DNA of 43,193 nucleotides, taken from assembly GCA_034660555.1 (NCBI GenBank), contig JAYEJL010000115.1:1-43193 (forward strand), read 5' to 3'. The notes under the pieces were generated by a model. The model was not told where the DNA came from. It ran no database searches and was given only the letters and a program-made list of their open reading frames with translations. Made by a program: the position numbers and the translations under genes. Shown piece by piece: positions 9,436 to 18,635 of this stretch. How positions within the stretch are numbered: the first letter of the stretch is position 1; each line of letters opens with the position of its first letter. This DNA is from Thermotogota bacterium (GTDB lineage: Bacteria; Thermotogota; Thermotogae; Petrotogales; Kosmotogaceae).

Positions 9436-10221
9436 ATGTCTACAGAAGAAAAAAAAGCAACGATAATTGAAAAATTGCGAAAATATGGAAAAATTAACAA
9501 TTCTATCCTTGCTGAGGAGCTTAATGTATCTGAAGTCACGATTAGAAATTATCTTAAAGAATTAGAATCAAAGGGCCTCCTCAAAAGAGTACGTGGCGGC
9601 GCAGTTAGCATAAGTGCGCATCGATACGATCCTGTATTTCAGGAACAGATTGCTATTGATGTAGATGAGAAACGCGAGATTGCCAAGATTGCAAGCAGAC
9701 TTGTCGACAAGAATGATGTAATTTTCATTGATGCAGGAAGTACAGCACTGTTTTTTGCAGAAGAACTACTTAAGAATCCTCCTATTAACATAACCATTGT
9801 AACGAATTCTCTATACATAATGAATAAAGTCGCAGAATTTCCCAATGTAAAAATGCTTGCCATGGGTGGTTTTTTTCAGTTAAGTACAATGAATTTTTTA
9901 GATCTAAACGCAGGTGATTTTTTTAGAAAATACAACATAAACAAGGCTTTTGTTGGTATAAACGGCTTTGATGAAAACGGATACTATGCGTCAACACTCT
10001 TAGAGTCTGAAGCAAAAAGCATGATATGTAAAACTGTAAACGATTTGTATATAATGGCAAGCTCCTCAAAGCACTTTAAAAAATCACTTGTATTAATAAA
10101 TGAGTGGACTGGCAAAGAAAAACTCGTAGCTTCAGATATTTCAGACGAGAACAAAGATAGAATTCAACAACTTGCAAATGAAAAGAATTTTAGGATCATA
10201 ACTAACCCCTTTGGGGATTAA
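9436..10221 (+). CDS. DeoR/GlpR-family transcriptional regulator
   Basis: HTH LAEELNVSEVTIRNYLKELE...RVRGGA; sensor domain IFIDAGST, IVTNS. Confidence 0.95.
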   Translation: MSTEEKKATIIEKLRKYGKINNSILAEELNVSEVTIRNYLKELESKGLLKRVRGGAVSISAHRYDPVFQEQIAIDVDEKREIAKIASRLVDKNDVIFIDAGSTALFFAEELLKNPPINITIVTNSLYIMNKVAEFPNVKMLAMGGFFQLSTMNFLDLNAGDFFRKYNINKAFVGINGFDENGYYASTLLESEAKSMICKTVNDLYIMASSSKHFKKSLVLINEWTGKEKLVASDISDENKDRIQQLANEKNFRIITNPFGD

Positions 10222-10242
10222 TAAAAAAAGGAGGTACGTTTT

Positions 10243-11511
10243 ATGTCAAAGAAACTTGGACTTGTTTTAACCTTAGTTTTATTTCTTGCATTTTCTTCCG
10301 TTTATTTTGCAGCTGAACCAGTTGAGATTACACTCTGGTTCCACTCGGGAAGAGGTGCAGAAAGAGAGGTAATTAACGATCAAGTAAAGAGATTCAATGA
10401 AATGCAAGATGAAGTTTATGTCAATGCTGTACAGTTGCCTGAAGGAAGCTATAATGACCAGGTAAACTCTGCAGCTCTTGCAGGTGATCTTCCAGATGTT
10501 CTTGACCTTGATGGCCCATATATTGCAAATTACGCATGGGCAGTTTATTTACGGCCCCTTGACAATTTAGTACCTGAAAAAATGCTGAATGACTTTTTAC
10601 CCTCAATCATTGATCAGGGAACATATCACGGTGGACTCTACGCTCTTGGGACCTTTGACTCGGGTCTTTCATTCTGGGGAAATCTTGAATACCTCGAAAA
10701 GGTAGATGCTCGAATACCAGAAGGCATTGATGATGCATGGACATTCCTGGAATTCATGGACATAGTAAAGAAGACACAAGAACTTGATGAAGTTAGATAT
10801 GCAATTGACTTCAAAATGTTTGATGTTGGTGAATGGTACACTTATGGTTTATCGCCATTCTTCCAGGCTTTTGGTGCTGATCTAATTGATAGATCAAATT
10901 ACATGTCTGCTGAAGGCGCACTGAACGGACCCGAAGCACTTGCCGCAGCCGCATGGTTACAGGGTCTTTTTGAAAAAGGTTACGCAAATCCAAATCCAGC
11001 ATCTGAGAATGAATTTATTCTTGGAAGAAACGCTCTTTCATGGACAGGACACTGGATGTACAATACGTACAAAGAAGAACTTGGTGACGATCTGGTGCTA
11101 TTACCTGCTCCAAAAATCTTCAGACAGGCAACCGGTATGGGGTCATGGGCATGGAGTATTACAACAGAATGTGATAATCCAGAAGCTGCATGGAAGTTCC
11201 TTGAATTCATTCTAAGACCAGAAGAAATAGTGAAGATGACTAATGCTAATGGCGCTGTTCCATCAAGACTAAGTGCTGCTGAAATGTCAGAACTTTATGG
11301 AGAAGGTGGCCCTCTTAGCTTATTTGTAGAACAGCTTGAAACAATAGCTGTTCCTAGACCTGTAACACCAGCATATCCAACAATAACCTCAGCATTTACA
11401 CAGGCCTTGCAAAATATTGCTAACGGTTCAGATATCAGGAAGGAACTTAATAATGCAGTAGAAGAGATCGATCGCGATATAGAATACAATGATGGATATC
11501 CAATGGACTAA
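10243..11511 (+). CDS. Sugar ABC transporter substrate-binding protein (CUT1)
   Basis: Signal peptide, AGDLPDV, GSWAWSI, PEAAWKFLEF; first gene before two permeases. Confidence 0.93.
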   Translation: MSKKLGLVLTLVLFLAFSSVYFAAEPVEITLWFHSGRGAEREVINDQVKRFNEMQDEVYVNAVQLPEGSYNDQVNSAALAGDLPDVLDLDGPYIANYAWAVYLRPLDNLVPEKMLNDFLPSIIDQGTYHGGLYALGTFDSGLSFWGNLEYLEKVDARIPEGIDDAWTFLEFMDIVKKTQELDEVRYAIDFKMFDVGEWYTYGLSPFFQAFGADLIDRSNYMSAEGALNGPEALAAAAWLQGLFEKGYANPNPASENEFILGRNALSWTGHWMYNTYKEELGDDLVLLPAPKIFRQATGMGSWAWSITTECDNPEAAWKFLEFILRPEEIVKMTNANGAVPSRLSAAEMSELYGEGGPLSLFVEQLETIAVPRPVTPAYPTITSAFTQALQNIANGSDIRKELNNAVEEIDRDIEYNDGYPMD

Positions 11512-11532
11512 TTTAATCTAAGTGAAGTGATC

Positions 11533-11557
11533 AGGGGGGATTTACTCCCCCCTTTTT
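11533..11557 (+). terminator. Intra-operon stem-loop after the binding-protein gene (partial terminator or mRNA stabiliser)
   Basis: AGGGGGGA-TTTAC-TCCCCCCT followed by TTTT. Confidence 0.75.
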
Positions 11558-11579
11558 CCTAATTAAAGGGGGAGATCTT

Positions 11580-12479
11580 GTGGCAAAAATGCATTATGAA
11601 AAGAAGCGCAGCCTTAAATATGCCTTGATTTTCATCTTACCTGGATTAATACTACTTGGCATATTTATGATTTATCCATTTTTTTCAGCATTTTATCTTT
11701 CTTTTACAAACACAAGACTAATTGCTAGATCACCAGCAAAATTTGTTGGACTTGCAAATTATGAAAGACTTATAAATGACGAGTTATTCTGGCAAAGTTT
11801 ACGCAATAATTTTGTGTTTGTTTTAGTTGTAGTTCCTGTTCAAACTGCTTTGGCTCTAATTCTTGCAATGCTAGTAAATCAAAGATTAAAGCTTACCAAA
11901 TTATTCAGAACCGTCTATTTTTTACCAACTGTAACAGCAATGGTTGTGGTTTCTGTCATCTGGACTTTTCTTTACAACCCAGAAGGATTAATAAATGGAT
12001 TCATGGGGATGTTAACCTTCGGCAAATGGGAAACCATAAGCTTTTTGACAAATCCTAACTGGGCTTTACCGGCGATAATGCTAATGTCAATTTGGCAGGG
12101 TGTAGGTTTTCAGATGCTAATCTTTTTAGCTGGACTACAGGAAATACCAATAACCTTGTATGAAGCTGCAAGAATCGATGGAGCGAATAAGTGGAAACAA
12201 TTCTGGAAAATAACCTTGCCTCAGCTAAAAAACACTACTGTTTTTGTTGTTATTTCAACAACAATTCTTGCATTCAGATTGTTCACTCAGGTTAAGGTAA
12301 TGACAAATGGCGGGCCAAGTGGAGCAACCTATACAGTCGTTTTACATTTATATAACCAGGGTTATCAAAGACAGTATATTGGGTATGCTTCTGCTATAAC
12401 GGTCGTATTTTTCCTAATAGTTTTAGCGATTTCCATTATCCAGAGGAAGATTCTGGGTGAAGAAAGAGAGGTTGGATAA
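11580..12479 (+). CDS. Sugar ABC transporter permease (MalF-like)
   Basis: EAA motif LYEAARIDGANKW; FVGLANY; hydrophobic helices. Confidence 0.95.
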   Translation: MAKMHYEKKRSLKYALIFILPGLILLGIFMIYPFFSAFYLSFTNTRLIARSPAKFVGLANYERLINDELFWQSLRNNFVFVLVVVPVQTALALILAMLVNQRLKLTKLFRTVYFLPTVTAMVVVSVIWTFLYNPEGLINGFMGMLTFGKWETISFLTNPNWALPAIMLMSIWQGVGFQMLIFLAGLQEIPITLYEAARIDGANKWKQFWKITLPQLKNTTVFVVISTTILAFRLFTQVKVMTNGGPSGATYTVVLHLYNQGYQRQYIGYASAITVVFFLIVLAISIIQRKILGEEREVG

Positions 12480-12480
12480 T

Positions 12481-13341
12481 ATGGCTGTTGCAAAAACACG
12501 CAGTAAAAAAAGAGTAGAACTTTTAAATAAAATTATTGGTTATGTGTTGCTATTTATTTTCGGCATATTTTTTCTATTTCCGCTTGTTTACATGTTCTCT
12601 ACTTCTTTAAATCCTGATGAATCAGATATTCTTAGAAAAATGGGTTCATTAAAGGCTTTTGTTCCTGATAGCTTTTCGATTCAAAACTTTAAAGATGTAT
12701 TCAATAGAATGGAATTTGGACGTTTTTTCTTTAATTCCGTTTTTATCGTTAGTACAACAATTATAGGCGGGCTCTTCATTAACAGCATGTTGGCTTTTGG
12801 ACTGGCAAGATTTACTTTTCGTGGTAGAAATACACTGGTAACTCTTGTTGTTGCCTTAATGATAATCCCTTTTGAGGCTATAGCAATTCCTCTGCTTCTA
12901 ATGACCAACCAATTTGGCTGGTTAAATACTTATCACGTTCAGATCATACCTTTTGTAGCATATCCTTTATATATATTTCTTTTTTATCAATTTTTTCTTG
13001 GATTTCCTAAAGCCCTTGAAGAAGCTGCTCTTATAGATGGCGCAAGTTGGTTTAAGATTTACTGGAAAATCGCGCTTCCTTTATCTAAACCAATACTATC
13101 AAGTGTAGCGATACTACATTTCTTAATGCAATGGGGTTTCTTCCTGTGGCCATTGATGGTAACACGTGGACCAGAAGTAAGACCATTACCAGTAGCCATG
13201 CAAGTATTTTTTGGTCAATATCCAAGAAACTGGGGAGATATAATGGTGTTTGCTACAATGATGACTGTTCCTGTTTTGGTTCTGTTTATAATTTTGCAGG
13301 GTCAGTATGTAAAAAGCGCATCTCAAACAGGCATAAAATAG
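12481..13341 (+). CDS. Sugar ABC transporter permease (MalG-like)
   Basis: LEEAALIDGASWF; GAGG RBS favours ATG 12481. Confidence 0.95.
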   Translation: MAVAKTRSKKRVELLNKIIGYVLLFIFGIFFLFPLVYMFSTSLNPDESDILRKMGSLKAFVPDSFSIQNFKDVFNRMEFGRFFFNSVFIVSTTIIGGLFINSMLAFGLARFTFRGRNTLVTLVVALMIIPFEAIAIPLLLMTNQFGWLNTYHVQIIPFVAYPLYIFLFYQFFLGFPKALEEAALIDGASWFKIYWKIALPLSKPILSSVAILHFLMQWGFFLWPLMVTRGPEVRPLPVAMQVFFGQYPRNWGDIMVFATMMTVPVLVLFIILQGQYVKSASQTGIK

Positions 13342-13419
13342 AATTATTCTGCTTGTAATGTTCAAAAATAGAATTAGTGAGAACATACTAAAAGAAAATA
13401 ATGATCATGAGGAGAAATT

Positions 13420-14358
13420 ATGGGAAAAATTATTATAGCTGGGGAATTATTATTTGATATGATTACGCATGAATACTGTGATTCTTTATCAGAATCAAAA
13501 TCATTTGATAAGTTTTATGGTGGTTCCCCTGGAAACCTAACTTCTCATATTAAAGACCTGGGAATGTATCCTATAATCATCTCAAGACTAGGCAATGATT
13601 CTTTAGGCAGATCTTATAGAGAACGTCTTGAAAGTAAAGGAATAACAACCAAATATATCCAAATGGATGAGGTTCATCACACGTCTTTTGTCCTGATCTG
13701 CAAATCAAAGGGTTCACCTGAATTCTTACCTTTAAGAGAAGCAGATTATTATCTAGAACTACCTCAAGACTTTGATCAAATAATAAAAAAAGCAGAGTTT
13801 TTCCACACAACTACCTGGCCTTTGTCTAGAAAACCAGCCAGAGCTAATCTGCTAAAAATGATAGAGATTGCACGAAGGTCAGATGTGAAAGTTTCCTTAG
13901 AACCTAATTATAGAGAAATCCTTTGGGAAAGAGGACACAACGGAAAACAGTTTATACAGGATTTATTGAAGGATCTTTATCTCGTTAAACCTTCATTGGA
14001 TGATGCCTATCATATTTTCGGTGAAGGTGTCCCCGACAAGCAAATTGAACGATTTCATGAACACGGTGTCAACAATGTAATTTTGACACTGGGAAAAGAA
14101 GGTTCTATCATTTCAGATGGAAAACAAACAGAAAAATTAGAAAGCGTGGCAAAAAAGGTAATAGATACAACAGGTGCAGGAGACGCATTTTGGGCAGGTA
14201 CTTTTTATGGACTTATTAAAGGAAAGACAATATTTGAATCAGCTAAAATTGGAAATATCGTATCTGCTTACAGAATTGAGCATAAAAAGGATAAACCATT
14301 GCCAAACATCGAAAAAATAGTCAAAACATACGGATTGGAGGGAGAAGCATGCGAATAG
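13420..14358 (+). CDS. PfkB-family carbohydrate kinase (fructokinase-like)
   Basis: GELLFD, GGSPGN, PNYRxxLW, DTTGAGDAF. Confidence 0.92.
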   Translation: MGKIIIAGELLFDMITHEYCDSLSESKSFDKFYGGSPGNLTSHIKDLGMYPIIISRLGNDSLGRSYRERLESKGITTKYIQMDEVHHTSFVLICKSKGSPEFLPLREADYYLELPQDFDQIIKKAEFFHTTTWPLSRKPARANLLKMIEIARRSDVKVSLEPNYREILWERGHNGKQFIQDLLKDLYLVKPSLDDAYHIFGEGVPDKQIERFHEHGVNNVILTLGKEGSIISDGKQTEKLESVAKKVIDTTGAGDAFWAGTFYGLIKGKTIFESAKIGNIVSAYRIEHKKDKPLPNIEKIVKTYGLEGEACE

Positions 14359-15794
14359 CTTTTTTTAATCCACAGGGAAATTTCGACCCCGAAGATAGTT
14401 ACTGGACTATGCATCCTGATTTTGGTGGCCAGCTTGTTTACGTTAAGGAAGTAGCATATGAGCTGGCACAAAAAGGCATTATCATTGATATATTTACCAG
14501 ACGAATTGTCGATCCTGATTGGCCGGAATTCAAAGAAAGATTTGATAAATATCCAGATATGGATAACATCAACATTATTCGAATTGATTTTGGTGGAAAA
14601 AGCTTCTTACCAAAGGAAGAATTGTGGCCATATTTAGGCGAATATGCGCACGGAATTGAAAAATATTATGATTCTATAAATGTTATGCCTGATTTTGTTA
14701 CCACTCATTATGGAGATGGAGGGATTGCTGGAGTTATTTTTGCTAAAAATACAGGGATTCCATTTTCTTTCACTGCACATTCTCTTGGTGCACAAAAAAT
14801 GGACAAAATGGCCAGTATATATGATAGTTTTGAAAAAATGAATAGTGATTACAAATTTACTTCAAGGATCACAGCTGAAAGATTAGCCATGAAATATTCC
14901 TCGGTAAACATAGTAAGTACATCAATGGAAAGATTTCAACAATACGCCCATGAAATGTATAAGGATTGGGTTGATGTTAAAAATGATGGTAAGTTTGCTG
15001 AAATTTCTCCGGGAGTAAACACTCAAATTTTCAACAGTCAAACCCAGAAAATAGATAACAAAATAAAAGATAAAATACAAAATACAATAAAAAAATATGG
15101 TACACCTGAAAGAATTGGGAAGCCACTAATAGTAGCATCAAGCAGACTTGAACCTAAAAAAAATCACATAGGTTTGCTTAAAGCGTACATTGCAAGTGAG
15201 GAGCTTAAAGAAAAAACAAATCTTATCATTGTATTAAGAAGTCTGACAGATCCGTATGAAAAATATAAAGAAAAGCCTCAACCTGAAAGAAAGGTACTTG
15301 GTCAACTAATAGAGCTTATTAAAAAAGAAAAACTGCAGGATAGAGTGTTTTTTCTTGACATAACAAATCAGAAAGAATTATCTTCACTTTATAGAGTAGC
15401 TTCTGAGTGGCAATCCGTCTTTGCAATAACGACACTCTATGAACCATTTGGGCTTGCTCCAATCGAAGCCATGGCATGTGGTCTACCTGTAGTAGCGACC
15501 AAAAATGGTGGCCCTTCAGAAATACTAAGAGATAATGGAGAAAAGTATGGCGTGCTTGTCGATCCACAAAACATCGAGGATATAAAAAAAGGACTTGAAA
15601 GCTTACTCATTGATTATGAAAACTATGAATCGCTGCAAAAGAAATCTGTAAGAAGAGTCAGAGAAAAATATACCTGGAAAATTACAGCAGAAAAATATTT
15701 AACAGAAATTGAAAAACATAAAAATGACATACCTGATATAGGTCAGATTCCTGAGTATTATATTACTGGAGAAAATCCACCGAAAGAACTTTGA
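14349..15794 (+). CDS. spsA: Sucrose-phosphate synthase-like GT4 glycosyltransferase (GT domain only, Halothermothrix type)
   Basis: NPQGNFDP...HPDFGGQLVYVKE, FLPKEELWPYL, THYGDGG, HSLGAQKM, SSRLEPKKNH, YEPFGLAPIEAMACG. Confidence 0.88.
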   Translation: MRIAFFNPQGNFDPEDSYWTMHPDFGGQLVYVKEVAYELAQKGIIIDIFTRRIVDPDWPEFKERFDKYPDMDNINIIRIDFGGKSFLPKEELWPYLGEYAHGIEKYYDSINVMPDFVTTHYGDGGIAGVIFAKNTGIPFSFTAHSLGAQKMDKMASIYDSFEKMNSDYKFTSRITAERLAMKYSSVNIVSTSMERFQQYAHEMYKDWVDVKNDGKFAEISPGVNTQIFNSQTQKIDNKIKDKIQNTIKKYGTPERIGKPLIVASSRLEPKKNHIGLLKAYIASEELKEKTNLIIVLRSLTDPYEKYKEKPQPERKVLGQLIELIKKEKLQDRVFFLDITNQKELSSLYRVASEWQSVFAITTLYEPFGLAPIEAMACGLPVVATKNGGPSEILRDNGEKYGVLVDPQNIEDIKKGLESLLIDYENYESLQKKSVRRVREKYTWKITAEKYLTEIEKHKNDIPDIGQIPEYYITGENPPKEL

Positions 15795-15808
15795 GAGAAG
15801 AGACCTTG

Positions 15809-16256
15809 TAAAAACCGGTTTTGGGTTCTGGGGTATAGGGTATGGTAAAAGTAAAAACCACGTCCATCGTCCAACACTTCGTTTCGTCCAACGCTTGCCT
15901 AATGGCAAGCTTCGTCCATCGTAAGTTCAAGAAATGCGAAACGAGAGTCTGAGAGAAATACCAAAAAACACTAAAAGACGTGAACCGTTAACCGTTGACC
16001 GTGAACCGATTGGAGCGAAAAACCGTTGATATCCGATTTGAAGATCTATCGGATATGCGAGATGAGATCGGATTTGCGCCTTCGGCGGATAAAACAATAA
16101 AAATCGGGTATTGTATCTGGGGTTTAGCGTATGGTAAAAGTAAAAACCATGTTCATCATCCATAGAAAATTCAAAAGACGTGAACCGTGAACCAATTGGA
16201 GCAAGTAATGTTGTACGTTAGTAGGTTGTTCGTTGTACGGAAGTTCAGAAAATGTG
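15809..16256. repeat. Intergenic mosaic of heptamer tandem-repeat modules, duplicated blocks and hairpins
   Basis: GGGTwTr, CGTCCAw, CGTkrAC and GTTGTwC heptamers; 65-bp imperfect direct repeat 15809-15873 / 16098-16162; second repeat 15973-16016 / 16173-16202; hairpins at 15893-15910, 16029-16056, 16077-16087. Confidence 0.85.
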
Positions 16257-16275
16257 AAGTGACTCATAATAAGTT

Positions 16276-16653
16276 TTATTCTCTATTTAGTTTTTTATGC
16301 ATTTTTTTACATCGCTCCAGCCACAATTCTTTGTATTCTTTTTCGTTAATAATTCTGTTTTTCAAATCAGCAATGGTTGTTACTCCTTGCTCAAAACACC
16401 AACGGACAGAAATTTCATACATTTTAATATTTAATTCGTCTTTATCATAGTAAACTGGTATTTCTTTATAACCTTCCATGAACGCGGCAAGTGCTCTTGA
16501 ATGACCATCTGATAGGATTTTCTTATTATTAATAATAATTATAGGAAGAGCTCTTTTTTTGTCAAATCCAGTTGACTGCAGAGCATCTAAAGCAGAATCA
16601 AGTTTTATTTTACTTATGTAAAGCTGGCTGGGTTGAATATCGTTTAAATTCAT
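16276..16653 (-). CDS. Stand-alone ParB/sulfiredoxin-like domain protein
   Basis: IQPSQLYIS, LPIII, LSDGHSRALAA motif; no HTH. Confidence 0.75.
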   Translation of the reverse strand: MNLNDIQPSQLYISKIKLDSALDALQSTGFDKKRALPIIIINNKKILSDGHSRALAAFMEGYKEIPVYYDKDELNIKMYEISVRWCFEQGVTTIADLKNRIINEKEYKELWLERCKKMHKKLNRE

Positions 16654-16672
16654 CAAAAAAATCTCTTCATTA

Positions 16673-17263
16673 TTAGGATATGTTGAAAAAGGTTAAATCA
16701 GAAAGCTTTTTCTTCGGTTGAAGTGAATTACTTTCTTTCGGATAACCCATAACAAGCAATTCGGAAACCGAATAATTACCTGGCAAATTTAATAATTCTG
16801 AGATTTTGTTTGATTGAAATTTCGAAACCCATGTTGTATAGACACCTTTTTCTAAAGCTGCAAGCATAATAAGGGCGCCTGCTATTTTTGTTTGGTGCTC
16901 TTCCATATTTAGAACCTCAAACAACTCATCATCTATATCTAAAATCATCTTTTCTTTTTCAGGAAATCTCTTTGATTGTAGTTCTTTAGCAGCTTTGACT
17001 TTTGATTTGTCTGTACACAAAACAATTACTAGTGGCGCTGCATTAATCCAATTTTGACTATATGTATATTCTGAAATTCTATGAATCATATATTTTTCAT
17101 CGATAATTCCGAACTTCCATGGTTGCTCATTGCCTCCTGAAGGAGCCATTCTTCCTGCATTCAAGATATAATTAATAGTATTTTGTTCTATTTTTTTACT
17201 CTGGAATTCTCTAGCACTAAAGCGCTTAGTTAGCAGATCAATTATCATGTTACTCATAATCAT
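16673..17263 (-). CDS. Nitroreductase family protein
   Basis: KRFSAREF, AGRMAPSGGNEQPWKF, MLAALEKGV, LLVMGYP. Confidence 0.92.
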   Translation of the reverse strand: MIMSNMIIDLLTKRFSAREFQSKKIEQNTINYILNAGRMAPSGGNEQPWKFGIIDEKYMIHRISEYTYSQNWINAAPLVIVLCTDKSKVKAAKELQSKRFPEKEKMILDIDDELFEVLNMEEHQTKIAGALIMLAALEKGVYTTWVSKFQSNKISELLNLPGNYSVSELLVMGYPKESNSLQPKKKLSDLTFFNIS

Positions 17264-17345
17264 ACCCTCACTATAAAGTAATTTTCAATTTAGAATTAAG
17301 ACTTCCCGGATGTTACATAAAATTATAAAACATCTTCAATCAAAT

Positions 17346-17375
17346 AAAAAAAAGACCCATTATTTGGGTCTTTTT
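17346..17375 (-). terminator. Intrinsic terminator after tRNA-Glu
   Basis: AAAAAGACCCA-TTATT-TGGGTCTTTTT. Confidence 0.85.
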
Positions 17376-17389
17376 ATCAAGGGATTATC

Positions 17390-17464
17390 TGGCAGCCCCA
17401 CGGGGAATCGAACCCCGATTTTCGGACTGAGAATCCGATGGATTAGCCGTTATCCTATGGGGCC
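17390..17464 (-). tRNA. tRNA-Glu(CTC)
   Basis: GGCCCCATAGGATAACGG...GTTCGATTCCCCGTGGGGCTGCCA; anticodon arm TCGGA-TTCTCAG-TCCGA. Confidence 0.95.
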
Positions 17465-17474
17465 AGGTAAAAAA

Positions 17475-17503
17475 ATAATATCACAGGGTATATTTTTTGT
17501 AAA
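17475..17503 (-). promoter_or_regulatory. Sigma70-type promoter of tRNA-Glu
   Basis: TTTACA-17 bp-TATTAT with TG extension. Confidence 0.65.
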
Positions 17504-17518
17504 TACCCATCAAAGCAA

Positions 17519-18166
17519 TCATACTGAATATTCTGGCTTTTGAGTATCACTTTCCAAATTTTCAATTAGCATTAATTTATAACCTATCAATTCTATCGCA
17601 TTTTTAATGGCGATATTAATAGGATAACGATTTTGACCAAGGTAAGGATTTATTCCCATCATTCTTTGAGTGTATTCTGAATAAGCAGGCAGATCTCCAC
17701 TGTCTTCTACTTTATTTCTTATTTCTTGAATGAGTTCATTTCTTGAACTACCCATGAATTTGCAAACACTTAACTCTCTTTTACCATATTTATTCATTAC
17801 TGCTGAAAAACCAAAAAGTCTGCATATTAAAGGACGATGCTTATAAAAACTGCAGCCCCCATTTTTACATATCAAAGAGTCTCTTACGTAGAGAACACAG
17901 TTTTTCGATAATTCTTGATCATCAATTTTCTCAAGTATTATATTTGCTGAATCATTTTTCCATAACTCTACTGCCAGAGGTATTAATTCAAATATGGAAA
18001 CTTGAATATTCTCAGCTGATGTTTCGCAACATTTTCTGCATCCAAGAATACAGGAAAGTGTAGTTTTTTCTTTTAATCTGGCTATCTTTTTATCAATTTC
18101 CTCATACAATTTTAACAATTCATAATATCCCGGAATACTATTTATTACTCTAACAACCTTCATCAA
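17519..18166 (-). CDS. YkgJ-family cysteine-cluster (CxxCxxCC) protein
   Basis: CILGCRKCC, C...GCSFYKHRPLICRLFG. Confidence 0.9.
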   Translation of the reverse strand: MMKVVRVINSIPGYYELLKLYEEIDKKIARLKEKTTLSCILGCRKCCETSAENIQVSIFELIPLAVELWKNDSANIILEKIDDQELSKNCVLYVRDSLICKNGGCSFYKHRPLICRLFGFSAVMNKYGKRELSVCKFMGSSRNELIQEIRNKVEDSGDLPAYSEYTQRMMGINPYLGQNRYPINIAIKNAIELIGYKLMLIENLESDTQKPEYSV

Positions 18167-18279
18167 CTGTCACCTCATAAATATTATCATCTAAAACTTA
18201 TATACTTTTATTCACCCACAAGTGTTAAGCTAGTATTAATGATAATACTGAATTTTTGTGAATAAAAAATGGTGAGAAA

Positions 18280-18591
18280 ATGAAGCAAAATCTTTTTGAG
18301 AGAGTTTATGAGATAGTGAAAAGAATTCCCGAAGGAAAGGTTTCAACTTATGGACGCGTTGCGAAAAACGCAGGTTGTAGCGCGAAATACGTAGGTTATG
18401 CCCTTTCGTCATTAAACAAAAATGATGTACCATGGCACCGTGTTATTAATAGCACAGGAAAAATAAGTCTTAAAGATTTTGAAGGATACAATCTTCAGAG
18501 ACAACTTCTTGAGTTAGAGGGAATCATTTTTGACAAAGATAATTCAGTAGACCTAGAGAAGTATTTATACAAATTTGATAAGGCAGAATGA
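18280..18591 (+). CDS. atl: Alkyltransferase-like protein (MGMT family, Cys replaced by Trp)
   Basis: IPEGKVSTYG, VGYAL, PWHRV instead of PCHRV, QRQLLELEG. Confidence 0.9.
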   Translation: MKQNLFERVYEIVKRIPEGKVSTYGRVAKNAGCSAKYVGYALSSLNKNDVPWHRVINSTGKISLKDFEGYNLQRQLLELEGIIFDKDNSVDLEKYLYKFDKAE

Positions 18592-18603
18592 AATTTTTAA
18601 AAT

Positions 18604-18629
18604 AAAAAAGCAGCCCTTTGGGCTGTTTT
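18604..18629. terminator. Bidirectional terminator between atl and ssrA
   Basis: AAAAAAGCAGCCC-TTT-GGGCTGTTTT. Confidence 0.85.
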
Positions 18630-18635
18630 AAATAT

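Noticed and set aside
15795..16275. CRISPR array
   Set aside because: No constant 23-47-bp repeat with regular unique spacers, and no cas genes in the window.
15699..16450. ORFs 15699-15908, 15927-16163 and 16187-16450
   Set aside because: Translations of repeat DNA or antisense overlaps, with no RBS or motifs.
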